DNA of 63,633 bases, the filler included, from Sphacelaria rigidula (taxonomy: Eukaryota), in assembly GCA_964200075.2 (NCBI GenBank). It is 10 parts of 10 records of this genome, joined end to end, with 100 filler letters (N's around TTAATTAATTAA, not from the genome) between each part and the next. Parts side by side here need not be neighbours in the genome. Positions count along the whole stretch, not along the records: positions 44,615 to 50,887 come from CAXNAA020021085.1; positions 50,988 to 57,260 come from CAXNAA020021086.1; positions 57,361 to 63,633 come from CAXNAA020021087.1; 7 more parts are not named here. One strand, given 5' to 3'. Under the pieces are notes generated by a model. The model saw only the letters and a list, made by a program, of their open reading frames with translations. It did not search any database and had not been told where the DNA came from. The position numbers and the translations under genes were made by a program. Of this stretch, positions 47,404-61,000 are shown piece after piece. How positions within the stretch are numbered: position 1 is the stretch's first letter; each line of letters starts with the position of its first letter.

Positions 47404-49869
47404 TCTTGATGGCAAATTTGCGTTCCTTCTGATTTTATTCGTGTTCTTTGAAATCCCCCTGTTTTTATTTTTATTTTTCCTTGTCTTGTCGTTGGTGTCG
47501 TTTTCTCAAGTACCGTCGCAAGTCGATTGTCTGCATTTGTCCCTACCGCCCATCGTAGTCACCCTGGTCTCGTCGTGTTTTTTTTTTCATCAGAATTTCC
47601 CCTGGTTCCCCTTGTCCTCTCGTGGTCTCGTTTCCTTGAACACCTTGTAGCCCGGTTGCCCACGTTCCCCTCGGCAGTACCCAGTAGCCGTGTATGTCTG
47701 TCCTGTAGTCAACCGGTGCCGCGTATGCCTGTTCTTGTATGCTTTTGTGTTCTCTTTTCCTTGTTTTTGTGTTTTTGTGTTTTTTCTCGTTTTTCGTTCT
47801 TCTGTTTTTTCTTGTTTTGTGTTATATTTTTTTTCTGTCCTGTTTCCCCTTCTTCCTCCCCTCGCATGGTCACCTGTTTTCCTTGTTTCTGTTCTTAGTT
47901 TTTCTTTTTGTTGTATTCGGAGGTGGCCGACACACACTGTTGGTATTCTCCAGCACGTCCCGTACAACCCCTTTTCGGAGCACACAATCCTTGTGTGCGA
48001 TTGTCCAACCACGTCCGCCATCAACGTCTTCAACGGACTGGTTCTTTCCGCGTACCCTGTTATTCGTTTCCCCCTACTCTTTTATTTGTTGTGTGTGTGT
48101 GTGTTTTTTTCTTTTGTTTTTACAGCTTGATACCGTTGGACTCACGTCGGCTTTCGATGCCCGGGTTATGTGTTGCGTGTCCACAAGCCCTCTCCTTGAG
48201 TACCGTTGCAGATTCTGTGTAACTGCTCGCTGTATCAGGTGTCCCATGTTCGGAGATATTTCTTTCCTCTTGGATTATGTTCAGTTCCGTTGCTACAACA
48301 GCCCGCCAAAACAAAAAGATAAAGTCGTTTTGTTTTTCGCAGTCTCGAGGTCGTACATCCGGTCCGCCGCCTCGGAAATCAGTACGGTGGTTCGTTTTTG
48401 TTGTAGGGTTATTGCTGGCGAATTATCGCGTTGATGTGCTCGGCGGGAGTTTATCCTCCCGTTTGTATGCCCACCCTCTCGATTTTCTCGTCTGAACGAG
48501 CATGAATCTAAGAGCGGACCGCATCGCCCCCTCTTTCTGTATACTTGCCGTGGTTCACCACGAACGCATCGGATTACCCGCCTTGGATTTATCTCCTACG
48601 GTTGTGTGTTATTCGTTGAGGCTTTGTGCGGCGATACGGGCACCTTTTCAATTCGATGGGCCGCCCCTCATCGTCACGTTGGTGCATCATGTTGCTTCAC
48701 GGCTGCATGTTGATGTCGGTTTCCGGTGTCTTTCGCTCAGCGATTTTTTTTCCCGCTTGACCATTCAACACCGTCGCGTTCTACTGATGAAAGAAGTGTA
48801 CGATCGTTTGTGCTTCCCCGGTACTGTGAAACGCCTTGGCGGGCTGCTTACCAAACTCTGACATCGGAACTGGACGTCTATTGAGACATGATTTCCCCTT
48901 CGCATGATAGCAGTCAAGCGTTATATCAAGGTTTTGTAGCGGATGAACTAATGGCTTGTTTTGGTTTTTTTTAGTCTCTTTTTTATGGCGGATTTCTCCT
49001 AGATTCCCGGATATTTCGTAGTTTCTGGCGCCATGTTTCCGAAGGTTGTCGTTTCTTGCGTTTTTCACACCCTTCGGTTTTTTTGTTTTTCTTTTTCCAT
49101 GTATCGTGTTGTGATACGGACAAAATAGGGGTGTAGCCTCTCTGTCTCGCCGTATCATTAGTTCGTTTTTACTACTGTCTCTACTGTCTCAGTTGTTGTG
49201 GTTACCATGATCGCTGCTCAAGCACTGTGATTACGGATCTTCTCAAGACGGGGCATGAAGTGAAATTTCCTACTTCAACAAAACATGCGGGATATTCATC
49301 CATGTGCAATACAGTATGCAATGATTTGTACGTGATCGCTCACCATTTATCGCAGGGCAAAACAGTTTTACAGCACAAGGGATGATCAGTTTAACGAGGA
49401 ACAGCTCATCCTGAATGTCAGGGTATCTTGATCTCAGCTTCAGGCGATGGTATTTCTCTTTGCACTGGTGGTTTTGAATCTCATGTCTCAGGCCACTTCG
49501 TTCCCTTCCATAGGAGTAAAACCAGGGGGCCGGCTTTCACCGATTCTGAAAGAACCGACTTCAAGCCGGATGTAAAGAGGCATGTTTATGTAACCGTCTG
49601 CGTACGGGCTCAAACATTTTCCCCCCTGACTGCGGCACATTGCCAGTTCCCGCAGTCAGCCCTCCGGGACTTCTCCATCAGATTAGATGGGCCCATCATT
49701 GTACTGCCCTTCCTCCATGTATGCCGCTATCCATAACACACCCCCTCAGGCCTAGGGTTGACAAACCCTGGGGCTGAACGTGGTTTGACGATGGATCGCC
49801 GAGTCACCACCTTCCTCGTCCTCGATTATGCGCCGTTGATTTCGTGTAGCCGTCGATCTTAGTCCGTTT

Positions 49870-50135
49870 TGCCGAGTTAGACCACGTAGGGAATTTAAAC
49901 ACCGTGCAGAACAATCTCAAACAGTCTCGGCAACTCCCGCTCTTGTAGATCTCTCTGCCGGGTTAGACCACGTAGGGATATTTAAACACCGTACAGAAAC
50001 GATCCCATCCAGTTCGTAAAAGTCCTTGATCTTGTTGACCGCTCTGCCGGGTTAGACCGCGCAGGGAATTTAAACACCGTACAGAAACGATCCCATCCAG
50101 TCCGGATAAGTCCTTGATCTTGTTGACCGCTCTGG
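49870..50135. repeat. Tandem repeat, three units of ~90 bp
   Basis: gccg(a/g)gttagacc(a/g)cg(t/c)aggga(a/t)...ttaaacaccgt(g/a)cagaa at ~49871, 49957 and 50047. Confidence 0.85.
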
Positions 50136-50529
50136 GCTGTCCGTAAACCGTTTGCGGATCTTGGTATATCGGGGAATCTACCACGCATTTGAGCCCCTTT
50201 CTGCTCGAGATGGTGTATCAGATGGACGTGGTCTGGTCTGCGGTTAATATAATTCCCACAAGGCATGAAACACATCCAACTGTAACGCAGTGTATTACAA
50301 TCTCCATGATTCAAGAGTCACGAAGGCGGTGTCTGGAAGAAACATTCTTAGTCATCAACGGCGTGAGAAACGATGGAACCAGTAACATGAATAGCAGTGC
50401 TTCACCAGTATAACGATAGCGAACAAGACAAATGAAGGGGAAGGAGAACGAAGGGAACAGCGATATAATCTGACAAAACGGGTTCACGCGTGTGCATTTG
50501 GCCAGGGTATCGCGTGTCGGGGACAGCCA

Positions 50530-50755
50530 GGTATAAAGTCATGGACTCCCAAGGGAATTCTGACACCATGTCAACCTGTTCGGACAGCATGGGAAAATTC
50601 TGGCCGCTTGTCAACCTGTCCGGACAACATGGGAATTCCTGGATGCCTGTCAACCTGTTCGCACGCGAAAAGGAAACTCCTGGCCCCCTGCCAACCTGTT
50701 CAAAAACATATGGGAAACTCCTGGCTCCCCTGTCAACCTGTTCGAAAACATATGG
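50530..50755. repeat. Tandem repeat, about five units of ~40 bp
   Basis: tg(t/c)caacctgt(t/c)c...ggaaa/attc at ~50569, 50609, 50648, 50689 and 50731. Confidence 0.8.
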
Positions 50756-50832
50756 TCTTGACATCTTGAGCCTTCGTCCTCGCCCATTTTCAAGTATGCA
50801 ATCAAATCCTGCTTGTTCGCTCTATGGTGCAA

Positions 50833-50866
<34 letters not shown>

Positions 50867-53800
50867 CATACAACTTTCTCGTTTATCNNNNNNNNNNNNN
50901 NNNNNNNNNNNNNNNNNNNNNNNNNNNNNNNTTAATTAATTAANNNNNNNNNNNNNNNNNNNNNNNNNNNNNNNNNNNNNNNNNNNNCTCGTGGGGGGCG
51001 TGGCCGCGTGGGGGGCGGCTGGGGGGGGGGGGCGGGTGCGGGGTGCTGATTTGTTGAGGAGGGGGGGAAGATACACAATTTCCCTCGGTGAGGTGCCACG
51101 AATAGCGAGAACTTCATCGCAGGGGGTGTTGTTTTCGAAGGGGGGGGGGGTGATACACTGAGTACGTGAACATTAACCGTATTGCGCGCTGAACAGCTCT
51201 TATGTGCTCCGTCTGTCGCGTGATACTTCTCTCCTGCTGTGGCCATGTGTGCTTGTGTGGTCTGATGGGACAAGTGAGTGCAAAGCATGCTGTGTGTGTT
51301 TTGTATCAGGACTTCATGTCGTTGCCGAGGACTTGATAATCGTCGTGACACGTGTTCAAGGTCTAGTTATTTCTTGCAGGGGGCGCTTGCATGTGTTGTC
51401 TGTCTTCTGTTGATGTGTTTGCATGTGGTTATGAGCGCCAGAGAAGGTGGTTTAACCCTTTTGGTACTGACTGGCGATGGGAAAGTGCTGAGTTCGAGGT
51501 GCTGTTTTTTGAAGGACACGAGGTTGACAGTTCGGAGCTTCCACGCAGCACCATTTTGCCCAAGGTGTGTGTTTTCAGACCCGCTCCAACTGGCGGTGAA
51601 TCGATTTCGCGTGAATACCGCACCTCGACCCTTCCACATGTGATGAGGGGGTTCCTGTATGCTTCGACCATACTTCTTAGTTCGTGTGATGTGGCTTAGC
51701 ACGCTAGCCAAGTGTTGGGTGGGTACGATCTCCCGATTGCAGCACAACAAAACTCCGGTGCAGTGCGTCACCGTTATAAAAGTCTGCCCCCGTGCCACAC
51801 GGGACTGCATGTATAGAAAATATGTTTGTTCTTTGAAATGCAGAGGCCGCGGTGCTAAATTTTGCCGTGTGCGCAAAGTTGCAAGGGTCGGACGAGTTCA
51901 TGATTCGTCTGGAAATCACTTGGTGTTAGTGTTATTGATTCGTACCGTATGAATCAATCCTTAGGCTTTGTTTTCTCTCAGTCGCAACCCGGGTATAGTA
52001 CGCGCAGCCCAGGCACGTGGAATGGCGCAAAAATTGCGTGGAGACCGTTTTGACCAGCGGTCAATCATTTATTTATTTATCTCTCTTTTTTGAGGAAATC
52101 AGGCCTGAAAAATCGTGGATTTGGTGATTCGAACCGGCAATGATTTGTCCGAACCTTGCAAAGTTGAACACACTTGACGCGTTGCGTAACTTCACCAGAT
52201 AAAAATATTCCGACCGCACCGGGGCAATAATTTTAGCGGGAGGATGACGTATGTACGTCGGATGAGTCGGTTCTTCTGTGGCCTTCTGCCGTAAAAATGG
52301 TTGTTGTCAGTATATTTTCCCCCATATTTTCTTCTTTGTCAGCGCTTTAAGTAATGGGGCGCCTAGACCGGGGACGGGAGGGGAGCGCTCCCGAAGGGTC
52401 AAACTTCTCTTTCCTAAGCGTCGAGTAATATGTGTGATTGCTCCCAATTTTGACGCGGTAGTTATCGCTGCCGTGCCGCTTGCGTTCCATGTTGTTTTCT
52501 GCTTGCATGCCGCATTGATCGTTTATGGATTATGATATTTGAACGTTTGGTACTGGTTTGTCCTCAAGTATATAGGACTATATGGCGGGTTGTGTGTTGT
52601 GAGAAGGATACACGGTCTAGTATTCTGCCATTTGCCTCTTTTGTGAGTTGTATTGGTATGAAAACCCCGCAACAGTAAACTCGTGCGAGAGTCATCCGTC
52701 TGAACGTTTGAATCAGTTTTTGTCGGCTTTGTATGTTAGCCGGATACTCGCCCATCCACCTAAAACAGGGGACCACCTGACGGCAGGCATTCTGGACGTT
52801 ACATATTATGCATCTCCGATTTCCTCAAGATGTGAAAGAGGGTAAGTTCATAGAGACACGGGCTCGTGAAGATGACAATGCATTCGCTCTCATGAGCATA
52901 GTTTACTGAGCGGATTTTGATATAAAAACAGGGTGATCGAGAATACACCCTCTTGTTTTTTTTCATATCAACAGGAGGAGTTAATACCCGCGTTTCTCGT
53001 ATTCGGGACGCTATACTAGTCGGTAACCGCCGCATGGTCCAGTCAGGACGGGTTCTTGTGAGGCTGGAATGAACGATGTATTTGTATCCCTATATTTGAA
53101 TACTAGGTCCTGAGCACAGGGAGGAGGTCTACTCACGTGGCGATACACAGGCTGCCAATGTCTATCTTGGCGATCTGTTGTGCATGTCTCCGCAAGAGCC
53201 AATCCACTTGCTCTGGACGAGCACTGGGACGCTGGGTTCGCGGGGAGTGGTATATTCATCATTCATGGTGAATACGGCATCATTCAGTTACCGTCTGAGG
53301 CGACAGAAAAGATTACCGCAGGGTAACTTGCAAATAGTTTCTCTCCGGTGGTCGAGAGAAAATGGCTCACCCGCATATGTATTAGAATCGTTGTCTTGTG
53401 TTTCGTGCATGTGATCAGCGGAGAGCACATGCCGGCATATATCTGCCTGGGTAATCTGTTTTGCACGTTTTTGAAAACGCGCCGGTTTCCGGGATTTTCT
53501 TGATGTGAGGTTAGTTCCTGCCCGGTAAAATCTTCGCCTCTCGTTTTGTACATGTTATTGGTGAGGGAAGTACAGGATTTATCAGTGTCCGTTCTGTGAT
53601 TCTGCGTGTGCCTCATGTATGTGCATCTTTTAGTAAACAATGTATGCATATGGTGCATGTGCGTGTACATTGTTGTACTCATTTCCGATCGGCGTGCCGA
53701 TTTCCCGAAAAATAACCTGCAGGACGTAGATTCAAAGAGACAGCGGCTTGATCGAAGCCGCTTTCCTAATTGCTTTAATGGAGTGGTGTACTTCTTGGGT

Positions 53801-55316
53801 CATTCTGGGGGTCAAGGGTTTTGGTTGGTGATTGTGACAGAGGTATTTTTGCAGCTGGAGCAAGTGGCGTTTTGTGACGTGAGGGTTCTCCGAAGGATAC
53901 GTGTTGACAACGAGAATAACGATACCGCTAGGCATACCTGCGGTGGTTAAGGGTTGTTGGGAGAGGAAGATGATTATCGGCTCGTAAAGTTTATTCTTTG
54001 TGCGTGCTGTGTATTCAACGCGCCCTAGAGTATTATCGGGTAGTGGAGGCGTGAGAAGCTGAGTATGGTTATGCAAGCAATTGTTCGTTCCGTGTGCTTG
54101 ATTACATACTACTAGCAGTCGTAGTAGGCAGTGTGGCGGTATAGGCAAAACCGCAAGCAGTAAAACCGTATACGCCGAACGCAAGCAAGCCACGCCCTTG
54201 TGAGGTGTCGGCATGCGATCCTGGATTGATCTGTGACACTCAAACTGCTGTTTGAATTTCTCGATACAATAGCCCAGCTGTCAAAGGGGAAAACCACACA
54301 GCCCCGGAGCCAGAATACAACATAAATCGTGGAGAGGGTAGAAGAACAGCACAACAAGAGACTCACATCAACTGCTGTGGCTCGCGACCGTGGAGGCAGA
54401 GAGACCGAAGGTGGTAGGTGATGGTTATAAAGCTCTTCTTTATCCAATAGGTGATCGTAGGCTGCGGTCGGTGTGTTCGAGTGAAGACGGTGGGTAGAAC
54501 AGCTGGGGGCAGCTGTTCTGTCGGTACGTCCGTCTGCCCCGCTTACAACCTCGTCATAATACAAAATCACCGTGACGTGCTGTGCCTTTTGCCAAACAAC
54601 GCTGTAGTAGCAGCAGGTACACGCGGCTAATCGGGTACAATTTATCTACCTTCAACCAGCTGCGTCAACAATCCAAATCCTGCCTTACCACAACACACAT
54701 TCGACTAGAATCTTTCCATACCCGTCGGTCGTTTCTGGGGATCCGCAAATCCCAAACTATTTTCAATTCAGACACAGTCATTTACCATCACATTCTAATT
54801 GTGGGATTGTACCAACTAATGAGAAATAAACAATGAGCGGTAATAAACCACAGAAGTATCCAACAATTTTGCATCAACATATTTTTTCGCTCGGCCAGGT
54901 CACAAACATCACACACGTGAATCAACGGTGGCCACCGCGGGTTCAACCATGTGGTTTGGATTCCCTGGATATGCTAATACTGCCTTGAAGGGTTCCAAGA
55001 CAGTCGAAGCCCGTGCACCGTTGCATGGCTATCAATTGAGCAGCGACCAAAACCAACGTTTAACCCTGAATTTGATCACCCAGTTTTACATTCATCAGGT
55101 TCTAATCATATTCAATCGAATCTCCTCGCTTCGAAGGAGAGGAAGTCATGTAGTGCAGTTTCTCCCGCATCAGGAGCCGAAATATCTTCTGGTACGATAG
55201 ACACTGCTGCTCCGACCGTTCATCAGGGAACACAAAACTCAAAGCCACACACTCCAGCATCTCCCGATTGCTCAAGTGCCCGGCTAACCACCCTACCGAG
55301 TTCCGCAAAAACTACG

Positions 55317-57260
55317 GTGCCCGGTTCCCTTTTATTTGATGAGCGTAACTATTCCTTGAAGGTTCGCAACCGCAAAGAACCCATGCTTTCCGTCGCTCAG
55401 CGGGTTGGAATGGAACCCCAAGTGACAGCGACTCAGGTGGTGCGCCAAGAGCGTGACCTAGGATCGACTGTCCAAGAACTCATTTCAATAGCTCCTGGAG
55501 CCGCCGACCCTTTCGTGCGCTACACGCGCCACCAGAGGCGGGCCACTCCAGATGATCATGTAGATAACCCTGATGTAGCAAGCGCACGTGAACTCCACGG
55601 AGGAGATTGCGTGTGGGCTCAGACAGATGAAAACCTTACAGTGGAACAGGCCGGTACTCCCCAGATTTCGAACAGATCGTTACTGCTCCCTGACCACCCC
55701 GCGTGCACTACGTTAGAACCCCTTTCCGATGAAGCGTTGCCGTCTGTAGGGACAGAAACTTCGCCGACTCATGGACGTTCGCATCCTAGTCATGAAGGCA
55801 CTTCAATCGTCTGTTCGTCACCAGGCAAACAAAGTGTTACGCAAGACGACTCGTCTCCTAACTCGCCCACGTTGGCCCCTTTAATAGACGCAGGGTTGAA
55901 CAGTCCAGCTTTACCAACCCCGCGTCCTGACGAATCGTCTCAAAAACCTTCCATGTTGGCCCAAACTAGCGATGGTATTGAGTTGATCGGCGTATCAAAC
56001 TCAACACCGCGCCCCGATGAATCGTCCCCTATTCCGACCAAGGTGGATAATGTAATTGATCCCGCTTTGCACAATGACGATTCGCCCCTCTGTTGGCCAA
56101 TAAGGGTGAAACACCACGCACAGATCAGTTGTCGGGTCCAACCGCGACAACTGCCCTTCCCCGGCGTCGCCCCTCCGTTTCAGTATATGAGATTCAACCC
56201 TCGACTGATGAGACAAATATTCCAGGCACAAACACTGACACTCCATGCACGCACCATCCTTCCGACCAAAAGCTTGTCCCACAGGATCATAAACGGATGT
56301 ATTCTAGCACCTTTGTTCAAAACGCGAAGCAGGATGTGTCAGATGTCATACCCGAATTCGGACCCGATCTCGTCAGTGGTATTGCAACTCTGGATGATGC
56401 TTCTTTTACGGCCAAGCTAGGTTTACATAGTGGAGCGCGTGCAAGCTGTCATTTGATAGCTCTTGCACTTCCAGACTCTGGTTCACCTCAAACGTTCATC
56501 ACCGCCAGCTGCTGGCAACAGATGATCAACGCGGGCGCGGCGGACAAGCATTGTCTGTCCACCGTGCACCCTCGTGTTTTTGGTGTGTTTGGCTCCTCCA
56601 CATCTCTTACGGTCAATCAGTCGGTGAGACTAAGTGTACAATTCTACCAGGATACTACTCCCACTGCTCGGTTGTCCGTATGGGCACTAATAGTGCCCGA
56701 CGGTTCCATGTCTTTTGGTGTTTTGTTGGGTCGAGGTAGTTGGCTTCGTTTTTCCACACATACGTATACGACGGACACACCAGTCTCGAACCGTCCAGTA
56801 ACAGTCAAAGTGTCTCTGGGTCACTTCGACACTGATTCGGGAGCTCATGCTTATGAGGATGATCCCACGAAAACGGGTAATGCTTTCCGTCTGTACTATG
56901 TTGATGAACCGGTAATCTCGCTTTCTTGTGAACCCCAACTAATACATGTGAACCTCGTGAGACGCAATGGATCGCCCGCCCTCACAGGACATTATTTGGT
57001 CGAGTTGCTCAAACCTGACCAAGCACAGGTTGGTCCGTTTGAACAGACCAAAGTCTTTGTCCACGAAGGTAGGCAGGCCATTTACCTCACGTCCCCTGCA
57101 TGTTTCGATATACTCAACGGTCAGTTGTTGGGTTATGCTGAAGCGCCTCTCATACGAACCGCCCTGTCAGATGTGTGCCCCCCGGCGAACAACAACTCGC
57201 CGACCGACCCCCCGAAATCCACGGGCCCCCCTCCGCTACACATGTCTGACCCCATGGTGG
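55317..57260 (+). pseudogene. Ty3/gypsy gag-pol fragment: Pro/Ser-rich linker plus retroviral-type aspartic protease, cut by the contig end
   Basis: Overlapping ORFs 55317..56420 and 56093..57260. ALPDSGSPQTFI is a D(S/T)G catalytic motif, with downstream VLLGRGSW (cf. ILGRD). Confidence 0.75.
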
Positions 57261-57759
57261 NNNNNNNNNNNNNNNNNNNNNNNNNNNNNNNNNNNNNNNN
57301 NNNNTTAATTAATTAANNNNNNNNNNNNNNNNNNNNNNNNNNNNNNNNNNNNNNNNNNNNTGCACGCTCATGGACAGCAGTGCAGCAGGCAGTACAAAGC
57401 TGCACGTTGCTGAATGAAGTCCTTTTCACGTCGCATTGTAAGCAGAGAAAATTGATAGTCCTGGGCAGTCTGCACTGCACGTTGCCCGCTTCTCCTTTAT
57501 ATCCTCCTGCACGAAACACGCACACACACACTCAAGACACCCTGCTTGCAAGCAGTGCAGACAGTACAGACTGTCTGTACTGTACACGAGTGACCATGTA
57601 CCGTTTCACGATTTTCTCTGTCTTTCTTCGATCGAAAGCTTTAAAATCCATCCGGATCCAACTGCATCAAAACGAGAATTTTTCGCTCGAATCAATTCCA
57701 CCGCCTGATTTTTTCGATCGAAAAGAAAAGTGCTAAGACAGGCCCTGAAAATACTTTTT

Positions 57760-58035
57760 TCGCACAGAGGAAGGCTAACTCAGGAATTTTCCTTTTTAAT
57801 TTTTTTTGAGCACCCCACCTTCCTTCTGCGGTGCTTGCCTTTCTTTTTACCGAGAGGAGGGTCCAGTGGTCCCTTCCCTCGTCGACCGTGAAGTCGAACT
57901 GTGTGTACCAACGACATAGTTGCTCTCCACTGTTGGGCATGGTGTGAGAGAAAATCCCAGGTCTTCCCGAGATTTGAACCCACGTCCTAACCGTCAAAAG
58001 GTTTCGAGGTTACCATCCGAGCCACCGGGGCGACC
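57760..58035 (-). mobile_element. tRNA-derived SINE copy (3'-truncated)
   Basis: Reverse complement of 43859-44130 (ggtcgccccggtggctcgg...ggttcaaatctcgg). Confidence 0.85.
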
Positions 58036-61000
58036 GGCTTCTGCTGTGTGTTTCTCCATCCTGCTACCCCTGTGAAACGTTTATACCGGCACCCAACAGT
58101 TTTGTATGTTCTGTAAGTCCATCACACCCCTGGTCGACACCGACACCCCCGTGGGTTGGATCGAGTTCGACGCCGCAACATTTGAGATTTAGAACTGCTC
58201 TTCTTTCGCTACGCAAGATACGTTTCATGAACACGTCAATATTTGTCATATGTATAGGAATTATCCCGGGGAACCGGTAACTGAGTTTGACCCTGCAGCC
58301 AATTCCGTGCAGTGCCGGTATGTATGTGCGCTGTTTTCCTTTACTGGGATCAACGGCAAGACGCAGCTTAACGTGCCATCGCTCCGCACTGAAACACAAA
58401 TTCCGGCATGCTGCCATCAGTGCTGTCAATAAGCTGTGTGTTTTGTCGTCCGACGTATCGTTTGAACGAACCTACACCTTGTCGGCATGATATGGCAAAA
58501 CAAGAAAATCTCGTCTTCGCCGGGGCGATTGGCTCCTGCTGTCTTTTGTCCAGTCCTTTCAACCGTGTAAGACTATCAAACCGGTGCGCAGAGGCTGTGT
58601 AAGACCTTTCTTAACTTTACTCGCCAGTTTGTTATTATCTGAAACTGCCTCATACCCCTGGTCGACGACTCTGCAAGGTCTGTAAGCCTCCCGTAATCCC
58701 GACCCGGATTCAACATATATACCCTTGTGCGTATATGCGATGCAGGCAGAGTACGGGTATTACCCGGGAAGGGTGAAGATTGAAACTCAATCCCTACCTT
58801 TGTTGTGAAAACTCGCACTTGTTCCTCAATCTCCATCCATCTAACTCCCCTTGGTATTCAACTCCGTACACCCTTCAAGATATTTTTTCCTGTTCGGGGA
58901 ACAGACGGGTTACAGGGTACGAGTTGAAAGGGAAAGCGAAACATGAGAATCAACAGGTATCGGACCGACTGGAGGGCCTTCATCTGCGCCGCTATCCGTA
59001 TCAATTTGCAGGGCATCGGTCTATGGTGTCCAACCCTATCTCGTATGGGGACCGGTTTGTTGCGTACACGGGGTATCTTTACAGATATTATCCCTATACG
59101 ACAGTGCGGTGACTTCTGGAAAAATTTCATCCCCGTAACCGACAGTTCTGTAGCTTCTCTTGGACTATGGTTGGCCTACCCGATGTTTCTAGTGAAATCT
59201 GTAAGGCTTTCGTTGCCCAACTTGATAGCTCTATGACTTCAGTGTCCCTTGCACACCCCTACTCGACAGATCTTTGACTTCAGTAACGCTTTCCCAATCC
59301 CTCGACAATTCTGTGACTTGTCGAAGACTGTCCTACCGGTCCATGATAGTTGCGTGACTGTTGTGATCCACCAAACCCTTCCAAGATAGTTATGTTTTTT
59401 CTGTACACACGGTTTTACCCTACACCCTTGTACAAATATCCGGGTGGTTTCTGTTTTCTATGCAACCCTTTTTCATCACAAGACCACCAGTGGATTCTCT
59501 GTAAGCCTCCTATCCCTACCCGACAAGTTCCGTGGCCTCCGAGCGATTTTTTATCGGTACTCCCTACTTCTTTATGATCCACGAAAACTCTCGTACCCTA
59601 CCCAATGCACCTTAACGCTACAAAAACTCAAATTTATTATCGGGGCTGTGAATAATCAGCTCTGTTCAGTTCCGTCAACACTTGCCGCGCCAGTTGCCAG
59701 TCCATCCACTTTTCCCAGCTAATCACCCCTCCCGGCTGGTAGGGGGTCCCGCTCAGGAGCGTCGCCCAAGTCAGAAAAGTTTCCCGTGTTTGACCTTTTT
59801 TTCGTGCGGTAACCGTAATTGGTTGTCAAAAATGTAACCACTCACTGCGAGCTGATACGAGCCTCGTACTGCTCTAACATGTCTTCGGTATGTAGTAGCG
59901 ATTCGAACATCATTTCTCTACACCATCCAGCAGCAGACCCTCTTCTTGGGAGTACCTTGGGCAATTGAAGTGAACAGGTTCTCACCGCAGCTTATTCGAT
60001 AGAATGCTTGTGTGTTTTGTGATCGCCCGTGACCGGAATTGTTTCTTCGGATGAGGTACATACCTGCTACATTTCTTCGATGTATTGTGAGTATCTCCTG
60101 CTTCATGTTCACATCGATCTTCATGCAATTGTGAATTGGGGTATGGAGCTCGGCACTTCAGCACCAAGCGTCCCACCATAAATGAGACCCACATCTTCAT
60201 TTCTTCGTTTATCTCATTCGACTGACCAGCCTTCGACCGACCCGATGTCGGCGATAAAAAACACTGCAGAACAACCGGGTACCACCGACGTTTGTGGGAC
60301 CTGAACTGCTGTAGACTGCTGACTTCAATCTTACAGTCTAATCGTACACGGTGTTTCTTTCTTATAAACTCCCCGTCATTGAGCTACTATAAAAATTACT
60401 CGGTATAGACAAGCGGCGCAACACTTCCACGTGAACTGAACAACTGGCGCTCTCGTGCCCATTTCCAGTCGAACTCCAGTAATGGCAATGAAGATATAGA
60501 TTTTTAACTGGCTCACTCCCCAGCCCATTTCTTCGATGCTTTCGAAGTACTTTCCCACCGGAGTTGGCGCCAATCACTGCAAGCCTACGATTCGACACAC
60601 ATTAGGAACGGGACGCTAGGAGGAGACCTCCCACCTTCTTTGGGATAAAACACTCCTACATGCTAGACTTGCCTGTACAGAATGCCACACTTACGTGGAG
60701 GCCGTGGTTTCCTCAGTGCAGGTTCATCGAGAAGTATCCTGATAACCGAAGGCAATTAATCCCACTTCCTCCCTTTTCAACCTACTTGACATCGTTGCTT
60801 TCAACACCCGTTCGTCGCGCATTCGCTCACAGTACAACTATCTTTCCTTCCGTACTATTTTCTCGCTGAACTTTCCGCAACCGTCGCTTCGTCCTCTTCC
60901 CAACTCGTTCGGCATTGACAGGTGCTCCACCTGCAACACCCACATCTCTGTCTCGCAGGATACAAAACGAGTCCCGAAGGACTCCAGAAAACAGCTGCCC

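Noticed and set aside
47527..48434. Hydrophobic env-like or membrane-protein ORFs
   Set aside because: The Phe/Leu/Val/Cys richness in all frames follows from T-rich low-complexity DNA.
49870..50755. CRISPR-like arrays (also 2606-3045)
   Set aside because: Units are degenerate, the 'spacers' are homologous to each other, there are no cas genes and the context is eukaryotic.
45382..57260. One gypsy element comprising both the integrase and the gag-protease
   Set aside because: They are on different contigs and in the wrong order (integrase upstream of gag-PR).
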